This document shows, one piece after another, positions 42,261 through 51,449 of a DNA stretch of 64,000 bases. Source of the stretch: an uncultured Desulfospira sp. GTDB lineage: Bacteria; Desulfobacterota; Desulfobacteria; Desulfobacterales; Desulfobacteraceae. The DNA is taken from assembly GCA_963663165.1 (NCBI GenBank), contig OY760175.1, positions 4,352,001 through 4,416,000 on the forward strand. The letters are read 5' to 3'. Under the pieces are notes generated by a model. That model searched no databases and was not told the origin of the DNA. It saw nothing but the letters and a program-made list of their open reading frames with translations. A program made the position numbers and the translations under genes. Positions within the stretch are counted from its first letter, which is position 1, and the number at the start of each line of letters is the position of its first letter.

Positions 42261-42509
42261 TACATTTTTTTATTCAGTTACTATTTTAATCATATATAAT
42301 TAATGAAAAAATGTTGTCAATAATATTTTCATTTTTTAGAAAAAAATATTATATAGATATAAAAACAAGAAATTTATATTTCAATAATACACCTTTTTTA
42401 GAAATAAGCTTAAAAAATTGACAACGCGGGCGTCTATAAGTAATCTGCGAATCCAAAAGCCCCCCTCTATGGGATTTATTAAAACATATGGTTTATTCGA
42501 AGGATATCG

Positions 42510-43472
42510 TTGAAAATGAATAAGACCGACCTCAGATTGATAGCGGAACTCCAGGCGGATGGCAGCGCCAGCTATGCTGATCTTGCCGCCAAGCTAAATA
42601 TCACGCCAAAGACGGTTGCCGTAAGGATCGGCCGTCTCATTAAATCCAAAGTCATAACGGTCAGGGCTCAGCCAAATCCTTATAAATTGGGGCTTTTTGC
42701 CAATGCTGTCATCGCCATAAAGGTTGATCGTTCCAAAATCAAAGATATCTGCGAGCATTTGAGCGGACATTTTTTTGTTAACCTGGTCCAGACGGTTTTC
42801 GGCCGCTTCGATATTATGATCAGCGTATATTTCCCGAGCTGGGAGTTGTTACATCAGTTTATACATGAAGAACTCTATGCGATTGCCGGCATCAAGAAAG
42901 TTGAGTTCTATATCGTCAGGGATGTTTTAAAGCGCTACGATCAATTTTTTCAGAAAGAACCTTTTTCCAATGGCCATACGAAACTGACAGATACAGACTG
43001 GATTCTGATCTGGGAGCTGGCAAAAAACGGCCGTGCAAACACCGTTAAGCTGGCCGAAAAAATGGGGGTTCATGTCACCACGTTGTACAAGCGGATAAAC
43101 GCTTTGTGCAAAAGTGAAATCATAAAAATCATCGCGGTGCCGACTCCCTCCAGATCGGACGTATCTTCAAGTGCCTATATCATGCTGGATGCAGAACCCC
43201 TGGAATTGAATAATATCTGCAACAGCCTCTATCCCCTCCCTGAAGTCCATTTTATTATGACCCTGAACTACAGATCCGGCGCAGTTGTTTGCATTCATGC
43301 AAAAAATACCGAAACCCTTTATGAGTTTATTACAGAACAAATTTCGCCTTTGAAAGGGCTCATTGACTGCGAGACAATTATAAGGGCAATGGTTCAAAAG
43401 ACCTATTATTGGTCGATGAAACCGGATGAACCTGAAAAGACAGGAACTCCCCTTTCACCAGCCAAGATATGA
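42510..43472 (+). CDS. Tandem (duplicated) Lrp/AsnC transcriptional regulator
   Basis: Two HTH plus RAM units (DLRLIAELQADG; DWILIWELAKNG); GRFDI; divergent from the molybdoenzyme. Confidence 0.88.
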   Translation: MKMNKTDLRLIAELQADGSASYADLAAKLNITPKTVAVRIGRLIKSKVITVRAQPNPYKLGLFANAVIAIKVDRSKIKDICEHLSGHFFVNLVQTVFGRFDIMISVYFPSWELLHQFIHEELYAIAGIKKVEFYIVRDVLKRYDQFFQKEPFSNGHTKLTDTDWILIWELAKNGRANTVKLAEKMGVHVTTLYKRINALCKSEIIKIIAVPTPSRSDVSSSAYIMLDAEPLELNNICNSLYPLPEVHFIMTLNYRSGAVVCIHAKNTETLYEFITEQISPLKGLIDCETIIRAMVQKTYYWSMKPDEPEKTGTPLSPAKI

Positions 43473-43597
43473 ACCGTTTACGCTGGCCGTTGAAAATAAT
43501 CCCGGTGAGATCTTCATAATACCCAGCAGCGTTATATGTTTTTTGGCTCCGGATGGGAGAAATTAATGGATTGTCCTTATGTTTAAAATGATTTACT

Positions 43598-44884
43598 GTG
43601 CTGGCAATTCAAACCGTCAAAGCCTTTATTGATATGAATGAAATGAAACACTTTTACGGGTGGTGGATCGTCTTTGCCGGAACCGCTATTTTATTGGTTG
43701 CCAATGGAATCGGCTTTTACGGCCACAGTGTCATTTTAGATCCCCTTTGTGAGCAGCATGCCTGGTCCAAGGGAACGGTATCGGCTGCCATCACCCTGTT
43801 TTTTTTCACCAACGGCCTGGCCGCCCTGTTTATGGGGCAATGGGTGGACAAATACGGTCCCAAGCGATTTCTGGTACTCGGCGCATTGTTTTTTAGCGCC
43901 GGGCTCATGGCGTTGACAAAGGTTCAAACCCTGCCCCAGTTGTTTGTGGTTTATTTTATATTGGCCATAGGATTCTGTGCCACGGCCCTGGTCCCTGTCA
44001 ACACACTGATTACAAACTGGTTTGTCCGAAAAAGGGGGCTGGCAATGAGTATTGTCGGCAATGGGCTGAGCATCGGCGGGATGGTGATGGTTCCGCTGGC
44101 CAGTTTTTTTATCCTGAACCTTGGGTTGAACAAAGCCCTTGGCACCCTGTCGTTGATCTATGTCCTGGTTATCGTCCCGGTCACCCTCATATTCATCAAG
44201 CAGCGGCCATCGGATATCGGCCAGTTCCCGGACGGCGACACCCCGGATGGGCCTACCGGCCAACCCCGTGTAACATCAGAAGTTCAGCTGGCAAAATGGA
44301 CCCGCCGCCAGGCGGCAAAAACCGTTGCGTTCTGGTCTATTTCCCTGACTTTCATGCTGGCGCTTGGCTGCCAGATTGCCTACCTGGTCCACCAGGTGTC
44401 GTTTCTGTCCCAATACCTGGGAGCCCAGCAGGCGGCCGCCACGGTGAGCATCACCACCGGGGCCAGCATTTTGGGACGGATGGTCCTTGGTATTTTTGTG
44501 GACCGCCTGGACAACCGGATGGTCACCATGGCCTGTGCCATCCTTCAAGGCTTGGCCATCATGACTTTGGCCTTCAGCCACCATGTGGCGGTCCTTTATC
44601 TTTGTGCCTTTGTTTTTGGACTGACCATGGGATCAATTTTGATGATGATGTCTCTGCTTACGGCAGAGTGTTTCGGCATCCCCTCTTTTGCCACCCTGTT
44701 CGGGACCATCTGGTTTATCACAATGCCCGGAGCAGCCTTCGGACCGAGCATTGCCGGCCTGATTTTTGATGCCACCCGGAGTTATACAACATCATTTTTG
44801 TTGTTTGCCCTGGCCAGTTTTCTTTCGGCCGGGATTGTCTGTTTTGCTAAACCGCCGGCGGGGCAGGGCCCGCTCCAACCCTAA
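43598..44884 (+). CDS. MFS transporter (MCT/OFA-like)
   Basis: FYGWWIV, GQWVDKYGPK, NWFVRKRGLA, about 12 TMs; start may be slightly downstream. Confidence 0.9.
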   Translation: MLAIQTVKAFIDMNEMKHFYGWWIVFAGTAILLVANGIGFYGHSVILDPLCEQHAWSKGTVSAAITLFFFTNGLAALFMGQWVDKYGPKRFLVLGALFFSAGLMALTKVQTLPQLFVVYFILAIGFCATALVPVNTLITNWFVRKRGLAMSIVGNGLSIGGMVMVPLASFFILNLGLNKALGTLSLIYVLVIVPVTLIFIKQRPSDIGQFPDGDTPDGPTGQPRVTSEVQLAKWTRRQAAKTVAFWSISLTFMLALGCQIAYLVHQVSFLSQYLGAQQAAATVSITTGASILGRMVLGIFVDRLDNRMVTMACAILQGLAIMTLAFSHHVAVLYLCAFVFGLTMGSILMMMSLLTAECFGIPSFATLFGTIWFITMPGAAFGPSIAGLIFDATRSYTTSFLLFALASFLSAGIVCFAKPPAGQGPLQP

Positions 44885-44974
44885 CGCTCAAACCAGGGAA
44901 CTTGACGGTTTCGGTCTCCGGTCTGCTTTTCTCCGGCTTCCTTTTTTTACATTGGTACCTTGCAGGAAACAGAT

Positions 44975-45023
44975 ATCGTGAGTGTGTGTGAGCCGTATAG
45001 GCGAGCTCACACACACTCACGAT
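44975..45023. terminator. 19-bp perfect hairpin between convergent genes
   Basis: ATCGTGAGTGTGTGTGAGC / GCTCACACACACTCACGAT with an 11-nt loop. Confidence 0.55.
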
Positions 45024-45065
45024 TCTGCCAAATCAAAATTGAGGCGGGAGGAAAGGGCCTTTCCG

Positions 45066-45737
45066 TCAGGCAGGGCCTTTGAAATTGCCGGTCTCCACCC
45101 AGATGACCGCGTACCGGACCAGTTCATTGGCGGTTTTCAGGCTGAGTTTGTCCTTGATCCGTTCCCGATAGGTGCCCACGGTTTTGATGCTGACATTGAG
45201 CTGAATGGCAATTTCTTTGGAGGTCATGCCAAGGCCGATGAGTTTGAAGATTTCAAGTTCCCGGTCCGACATCCGCTTGAGGGGGAATTCGTGGACATCT
45301 TTGGGCCGGTTCCGGAACAGGTCAAGGATATGGCCCATGATGGCGGGGCTGACATGGATGCCGCCGTTCATGATCTGCCGGACCGCCGACACAACCGACT
45401 CAGAGGCTTCCTGCTTCATCATATACCCCCTGGCCCCGGCCAGGATACACCGTTCGGCATGAAGGGCTTCGTCGTGCATGGACAGCACCAGGCAGGCCAC
45501 GGGTTTTTTTAAGGTCTTGATGGCCTTGATCAGGTCCAGGCCGGAACTGTCTTTTAGGGACAGGTCCACGATGGCCAGGTCCGGTGTTAAGGATTCCACC
45601 AGATCCATGGCCTCGTCTACACTTTGGGCATGGCCGCACACGGTCATGTCCGGTTCATTATTGAGCATTTCCTCCAGCCCCATTCTGAAAATGGGGTGGT
45701 CTTCCACAATGATAATTTTGAAGGCGTTTTCTTTCAT
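45066..45737 (-). CDS. NarL/LuxR-family response regulator
   Basis: IVEDHP, IVDLSL, LSMH; SDRELEIF...KEIA...SIKTV HTH. Confidence 0.93.
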   Translation of the reverse strand: MKENAFKIIIVEDHPIFRMGLEEMLNNEPDMTVCGHAQSVDEAMDLVESLTPDLAIVDLSLKDSSGLDLIKAIKTLKKPVACLVLSMHDEALHAERCILAGARGYMMKQEASESVVSAVRQIMNGGIHVSPAIMGHILDLFRNRPKDVHEFPLKRMSDRELEIFKLIGLGMTSKEIAIQLNVSIKTVGTYRERIKDKLSLKTANELVRYAVIWVETGNFKGPA

Positions 45738-45755
45738 CTGTCGCTTCCTGTGGTT

Positions 45756-47966
45756 TCAGGGCCTGTGGGCAAATGCCAGAAAGATTCCGGTTCCCCCCTG
45801 GTCCAGGGATTTAATTTCAAGGGATCCCCCGATCTGGGCTGCCCGGTAGGACATGATTTTAAGGCCCATACCCAGGGCAGTTCCATTGGGGGTGAACCCG
45901 GTGCCGTTGTCGGTCACGGTAAGCATGGCGGTTTCTTTAAGGCCTTCCAGGCAGATCCGTATCCGGCTGGCCCGGGCATGTTTGACGGCATTGTACACGG
46001 CTTCATGGGCAATATAGTATACATGGGCGGCCAGTTCCGGATCTTTAAAGGGGCGGTCCAGGGTCCAGGCAAGCGTGCAGGAAATGTGAAACACCGTGTT
46101 AACATAGGCGGCCAGGTCTTCAAGGGAGACGTCAAGCCCCCGGTCTGCCAGGTTCACCGGGGATATGCCCCTGGATAAGGCCCGGGTCTTTTCCACGGCA
46201 TCCTGAATCAAGGCCCTGATTTTTGAGGTCTTTTCGATTTCCGGGTCAAGGTTTCCGCCAAGGTTTTTCTGATCAATTTTCTGGGCCAGCATCTTGGTCA
46301 TGACCTCAATGCCCATGAGCTGGGGGCAGAGATCATCATGAAGGTCCATGGCGATTTTGCGTCTTTCCCGTTCGCTGACCGTGAGAATCTCCCGTTCCAG
46401 GCGGCTGGATTCCGTGATGTCTTCCATGGCGGCCAGCATGCAGGGCTCGCCCCAGACCATGGCCCGTTCCGTTGAGATAATCCCTTTTTTCTTTTCCCCG
46501 TCAGCGGTTAAAAAATAGATTTCCCGGGGGGGTACCCGTCCCTTTGTCTCGGTATCCTGGAGCAGGGCCCGGCCCTCGCCGCCCGAATTAAACAGCCTTA
46601 TCTGCATGATTTCCCGGCCCATAGTGTCCAGCATGGACCGCTGGGTAAAGGTTAAAAAACTGTCGTTGACGTTGATGATCCGGCCGGTTTTAAGGGAGCA
46701 GATAAACATGCCCGACGGGTTGCTTCTAAAGGCTTTGGAAAACATTTCCTCGGACAGGCGAAGGGCTTTGGTGGTTTGTTCATGTTCCCGGACTTCCGAT
46801 AACAGGTTTTCCTTGTAATCATTGAGTTTGTCCGTGAACCGGTTAAAATATTTGGAAAGCCGTCCGATTTCATCATTTGATAACACCGGCACAGGGGTGT
46901 AAAAATCCCCGGACGGGCCCCGGTCGAACCGGTCAATGAGGGTTTCAAGGGGATGGACCACCAGCCGGTTGATCTTCAAGGATGCGGTAAAGACAAGGGC
47001 ACAGGTAAACAGGACAATGGTCAGAATAACCCGCCGTAAGGTTTTTAAAGGGGCATAGACTTCATCCAGATAGGAGGCCGAGCCCACAATCCAGTCATAC
47101 TCGGGAAGGTAACTGAAAATAACCAGTTTTTCCCGGGCCTGGGTTTCCCCGGGGTTTTTCCAGGTATAGACGGCTTTCCCGCTTTTTTTCTCGCAGATTT
47201 CCCGGGCAAAATAGTTCCCGGAGCTGTCTGTTGAATCCAGAAAATTTCCCGTCATAAAAGGGTGGACAATGAGATTGCCCTTAGTGTCGCTGATGTAGGC
47301 ATATCCGCTCTCTCCGAATTTCAGGCTTGAGATGCTTTTTTTAAAGTCCGAGATATTGATCAGCTCTAAAAACTCGTCCCGGTAGGAGGACACGGCAATG
47401 ATCCAGTCCCAGGGCTTGAAATAGGCCATGTACATGGCTTTGGGTTTAAGTCCGTCATCTTCCGGGTTTTGCCACTGGTATTCAAGGTAACCGGTTTTCA
47501 TTCGGATCATGTCCTGGACAAAGGTGCGCTCAGAATATGTTTTCCCGTTTATCCCGGGATTGGGGTGTTCAATGGCAATGGCGTTTGAATTGGCGCAGAA
47601 TATATACCCGGTTTTCCCAATGACCTGGCTGAACAGGACCTTCCGGCACATGGTCCTGGCCTGTTCTTCGGTCAGGGCACCGGTTTCAAACTCTTTGTAA
47701 ATGCTGTTGACAATGTCCAGATTCTTTTCGGCTACGGCCCGCAGATGATTTTTAATGGAGGTGGCCGTGGCGGTCCGGACCATATTCACGATGGCACTGG
47801 TGGCATTGGTCAGTTCGCTTTCAATCTGGGATTCAACGGCGGCCTTGACCTGGTAATAAATGATGGTGCATCCGAGCAGCACTGCCGCCGCAAACAAAAG
47901 GGTATAGCCGCCCAGGAGTTTGTGCCCCAGGCTCAGGTCTCTGAAGAATTGCGCCAGACTTTTCAT
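45756..47966 (-). CDS. Cache-HAMP-PAS HisKA_3 sensor kinase
   Basis: Two TMs, double Cache, DEIGRL, ERRKIAMDLHDDLCPQL, EAVYNAVKHA, DNGTG. Confidence 0.92.
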   Translation of the reverse strand: MKSLAQFFRDLSLGHKLLGGYTLLFAAAVLLGCTIIYYQVKAAVESQIESELTNATSAIVNMVRTATATSIKNHLRAVAEKNLDIVNSIYKEFETGALTEEQARTMCRKVLFSQVIGKTGYIFCANSNAIAIEHPNPGINGKTYSERTFVQDMIRMKTGYLEYQWQNPEDDGLKPKAMYMAYFKPWDWIIAVSSYRDEFLELINISDFKKSISSLKFGESGYAYISDTKGNLIVHPFMTGNFLDSTDSSGNYFAREICEKKSGKAVYTWKNPGETQAREKLVIFSYLPEYDWIVGSASYLDEVYAPLKTLRRVILTIVLFTCALVFTASLKINRLVVHPLETLIDRFDRGPSGDFYTPVPVLSNDEIGRLSKYFNRFTDKLNDYKENLLSEVREHEQTTKALRLSEEMFSKAFRSNPSGMFICSLKTGRIINVNDSFLTFTQRSMLDTMGREIMQIRLFNSGGEGRALLQDTETKGRVPPREIYFLTADGEKKKGIISTERAMVWGEPCMLAAMEDITESSRLEREILTVSERERRKIAMDLHDDLCPQLMGIEVMTKMLAQKIDQKNLGGNLDPEIEKTSKIRALIQDAVEKTRALSRGISPVNLADRGLDVSLEDLAAYVNTVFHISCTLAWTLDRPFKDPELAAHVYYIAHEAVYNAVKHARASRIRICLEGLKETAMLTVTDNGTGFTPNGTALGMGLKIMSYRAAQIGGSLEIKSLDQGGTGIFLAFAHRP

Positions 47967-48084
47967 TGCATCGGCAGCCCCAAAAGGTTTGGCCCGCTGT
48001 ACCGGGCGTTGACAAATTTTGTATGATAAAAAAGGGGGCCGATCAACCTATTTGTTCATGTTGTTTGAATGGGGGGCGCCCCTT

Positions 48085-48205
48085 AAAGTTTCTGGTCGGT
48101 TACTTTCCGGCCTGTTTTTAATAAAAAGAGCGAAAAGTCCTATGTCGGAAACTTTTTATTGCGTTTCGCCTGCAAAACAGCTAAAAGTACCCTATCGGAA
48201 ACTTT
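48085..48205. promoter_or_regulatory. Three putative HipB operators
   Basis: AAAGT-N6-TCGG-N2-ACTTT at 48085-48106, 48134-48155 and 48184-48205. Confidence 0.75.
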
Positions 48206-48220
48206 ACCATTGGTGAACCA

Positions 48221-48451
48221 TTGAAGCCTTCAGTAAAAATTAATAATCCTGATGAATTAGGGCAATACCTGCTAAAGGAACGCAAGCGCCTCAAGCTGAC
48301 CCAGAAAGAGATCTCTGAATTTAGTGATGTCGGCAGAAAATTTATTATAGAGCTTGAAAAAGGCAAAGCAACCGCTCAAGTCGGGAAAGTATTTGAATTG
48401 TTAAACAGCCTCGGTCTTGAACTCCATCTGGTTAAACGTGGAGATCGCTGA
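48221..48451 (+). CDS. hipB: HipB-like (y4mF-type) XRE antitoxin
   Basis: RKRLKLTQKEI...VGRKFIIELEKGK HTH; directly upstream of hipA; TTG start. Confidence 0.85.
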   Translation: MKPSVKINNPDELGQYLLKERKRLKLTQKEISEFSDVGRKFIIELEKGKATAQVGKVFELLNSLGLELHLVKRGDR

Positions 48452-48453
48452 AT

Positions 48454-49713
48454 TTGGAAGCTTTGAATATATTTTTCGAGCAAACCAGAGTCGGTTCCCT
48501 GGCTATTGATGGCAAGGGAATGTTTTCATTCCAATATGATAGACAATGGCTGACGTCGCCGGATGCGTTTCAAATATCTGTTTCCCTGCCGATGCAGGAA
48601 GATGCTTTTTCTCACGACAAGGCAAAATCATTTTTTTCCAATCTGTTACCTGAATCTGCGGTTAAGACATTCATTGCGAAGAAACTGGGGATCTCAGATA
48701 AAAATGATTTTTTGCTTCTCAAACGGATTGGCGGTGAGTGTGCCGGGGCGATAACTATTCTGCCTGAATCGGAAAGCCCTGAATCTGAAGATCAATATAC
48801 ATATCGTCTCTTATCAGACCGGCAATTAACCGATCTGATAAGGGATATACCCATTCGCCCGCTGCTTGCCGGTGAGGAAGGTATCCGGATATCCCTTGCA
48901 GGGGCACAGGAAAAGCTGGCGCTTTTTTATAAGGAGCCTGACTTTTTTATCCCGGAAAATGGTGCGCCAAGCAATTTCATCTTAAAACCGAATATGGTTC
49001 ATTTTCAGTTTTCCATTGAAAATGAATGTTTTTGTATGATGCTTGCCAATGCCGTTGGTTTGAATGTCCTGCCGGTTCTCATTGCCCGGAAGGCGGATCA
49101 AAAGGTTTTGTTAGTCAAAAGATACGACAGGATATTGGATAATGATATTCTCAAGCGTCTTCACCAGGAAGATTTTTGCCAGGCCATGGGGCTTTCACAT
49201 GAGTTGAAGTATCAGGCAGAGGGCGGCCCCGGGCTGAAAGCATGCTTTGATCTGGTCCGGGCATACTCTGCAAATCCGATAAAAGATTTTCAGCAGCTGA
49301 TGGAATGGGTGTTTTTTAATTATTTAATCGGGAATATGGATGGCCATGCAAAAAATTTGTCGTTTATATATCAGACCGGGCAAATTCGATTGGCTCCTTT
49401 TTATGACATGTTGTGTACGGCCATATATGATAACCTGTCACAGAAACTGGCGATGAAAATCGGAGGGGAAAACAGGCCGGAATGGGTGATGGCAAGGCAT
49501 TGGGAACGGTTTGCCCAAGAGGTAAACATCAATTATCCTGTCCTAAAGAAAAGATTGCTGGATTTTTGCCTTAAGATGACCGGTAAAATTGACACTACCT
49601 ATGTTGATTTTACAGCCAGATATCAGCAGAACAGCCTGGTAGAGGAGATCATAGCTGCTACGAAAAAAAGCGTAAGCAGGACACGTCAACAATTGAGTTC
49701 AACAAAAAAATGA
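48454..49713 (+). CDS. hipA: HipA-family kinase toxin
   Basis: FFSNLLPES, ISLAGAQEK, RLHQEDFCQA, GNMDGHAKN, LAPFYD. Confidence 0.93.
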   Translation: MEALNIFFEQTRVGSLAIDGKGMFSFQYDRQWLTSPDAFQISVSLPMQEDAFSHDKAKSFFSNLLPESAVKTFIAKKLGISDKNDFLLLKRIGGECAGAITILPESESPESEDQYTYRLLSDRQLTDLIRDIPIRPLLAGEEGIRISLAGAQEKLALFYKEPDFFIPENGAPSNFILKPNMVHFQFSIENECFCMMLANAVGLNVLPVLIARKADQKVLLVKRYDRILDNDILKRLHQEDFCQAMGLSHELKYQAEGGPGLKACFDLVRAYSANPIKDFQQLMEWVFFNYLIGNMDGHAKNLSFIYQTGQIRLAPFYDMLCTAIYDNLSQKLAMKIGGENRPEWVMARHWERFAQEVNINYPVLKKRLLDFCLKMTGKIDTTYVDFTARYQQNSLVEEIIAATKKSVSRTRQQLSSTKK

Positions 49714-49805
49714 CCCGGATGATCCGCCGTTGCGTTTGAGCCCCCAGCCTCTGAAAAATTGAGCAGGATTTCTGATTGCATCGTTATGTTGTGTCCGGGC
49801 GAAAA

Positions 49806-51338
49806 TTATATGGGGTTCCGGTCAAAGCTTCGGTATTGGATTGCTTCAGACAGATGTTGGGGCTGGATGGATGTTGAGGCATCCAGGTCGGCAATGGTCC
49901 GGGCCACTTTCAACACTGAATGGCAGGCCCGGGCCGACAAGCCTAGCACCGTGGCGGCCCGTTCCAGGATGGTGCGCCCCTCTTTGTCCAGGCGGCAGTG
50001 CTTTTCCCGGTGCCGGCTTTCCATCCGGCTGTTGGAGAAAATACGGTCTTTTTCAAACCGCCGGGCCTGAATCCGGGCGGATAGTTCCACCCTTTCCCGG
50101 ATGGCGTTGGACGGTTCGGCCTTGTCCTGTGACATGAGTTCCTTGAACGCCACTTTGGGAACCTCGATCTGGATGTCGATGCGGTCCAGAAGCGGTCCGG
50201 ATATTTTGGCCCGGTATTTGTCGATTTGGTGAGTGGTGCAGGTGCATTTTCCCGAGGGGTCGCTTAAATACCCGCAGGGGCAGGGGTTCATGGCGGCGGC
50301 CAGCATAAATTTGCAGGGAAAGACCGCCTTTACTCCGGCCCTGGAAATACTCACCCGGCCGTCTTCTAAGGGCTGCCTTAACACCTCCAGGACATTGCGC
50401 CGAAATTCGGGCAGTTCATCTAAAAATAATATCCCGTTGTGGGCCAGGCTGATTTCTCCGGGGAGCGGCTTGGAGCCGCCGCCCACAAGGCCGGCATCCG
50501 AGATGGTATGGTGGGGGGACCGGAAGGGCCGGCCCTTGATCCCGCCCCGGTGGCTGCCGGCCATGCCCATGACCGAATAAATTTTAGTGACTTCCAGGAT
50601 TTCTTCAAACGAGGGTTTGGGCAGGATGCCGGGCAACCGTTTGGCCAGCATGCTTTTGCCCGATCCCGGGGGACCGGTCATAAGGACATGGTGCTGGCCG
50701 GCGGCGGCGATTTCCAGGGCCCGTTTCACATGGGCCTGGCCCCGGACATCCGAAAAATCCGGGCCGCCTTCCGTCAGGGTAAATTTTTCAAAGGCTTCAG
50801 GGTCCAGGACATGGGGGGCAAGGGGAACATGGCCTGAAAAGTGCTCCATGACCTGGGAAAGCCGGTCTACACAAAGGACCTCAATCCCGTCCACCATGGC
50901 GGCTTCATCGGCATTTTCTTTGGGGATGATTACCCCTTTAAATCCCTGATCCCGGGCGGCAAGGGCCAGGGGCAGGGCGCCCTTGACCGGTTTGACCCGG
51001 CCGTCCAGGGAGAGTTCCCCGGCCATGAGATAGGCGGCCGGGGCATCGCTGGGGATCAGGCCCGAAGCCGTTAAAATCCCCACGGCAACGGGCAGGTCCA
51101 GCCCGGTCCCCTCTTTTTTCACGTCGGCCGGCGCCAGATTGATGGTGACCCGGTCCATGGGAAAGGTATACCCGGAGTTTTTGACCGCCGACCTGACCCG
51201 CTCCCGGCTTTCTTTGACCGCCGCCTCAGCCAGGCCGACAATAGTGAAAACCGGCAGCCCAAAGGCAATATCCACCTCCACCTCCACCACAATGGCGTCA
51301 ATGCCGTTCACGGCGCATGAATTAACTTTTGCGATCAT
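49806..51338 (-). CDS. comM: YifB/ComM Mg-chelatase-like AAA+ ATPase
   Basis: ESRERVR, INLAPAD, GPPGSGKSML, PFRSPHH, LFLDELPEF, AMNPCPCG, ISGPLLDRID; intact. Confidence 0.93.
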   Translation of the reverse strand: MIAKVNSCAVNGIDAIVVEVEVDIAFGLPVFTIVGLAEAAVKESRERVRSAVKNSGYTFPMDRVTINLAPADVKKEGTGLDLPVAVGILTASGLIPSDAPAAYLMAGELSLDGRVKPVKGALPLALAARDQGFKGVIIPKENADEAAMVDGIEVLCVDRLSQVMEHFSGHVPLAPHVLDPEAFEKFTLTEGGPDFSDVRGQAHVKRALEIAAAGQHHVLMTGPPGSGKSMLAKRLPGILPKPSFEEILEVTKIYSVMGMAGSHRGGIKGRPFRSPHHTISDAGLVGGGSKPLPGEISLAHNGILFLDELPEFRRNVLEVLRQPLEDGRVSISRAGVKAVFPCKFMLAAAMNPCPCGYLSDPSGKCTCTTHQIDKYRAKISGPLLDRIDIQIEVPKVAFKELMSQDKAEPSNAIRERVELSARIQARRFEKDRIFSNSRMESRHREKHCRLDKEGRTILERAATVLGLSARACHSVLKVARTIADLDASTSIQPQHLSEAIQYRSFDRNPI

Positions 51339-51449
51339 GGGGTTCCTTTTGAAGGTCAATGGCAGAAGGGGGACAAAATTTAACCGGTTGCGGGGTTCAG
51401 GCTGTCTAAATCCCTCTTATCTAACTCCCTGACAATCTACCAAAAAAAT

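Noticed and set aside
49806..51338. comM disrupted by an integrated element
   Set aside because: The ORF is continuous with all motifs, and no integrase is present.
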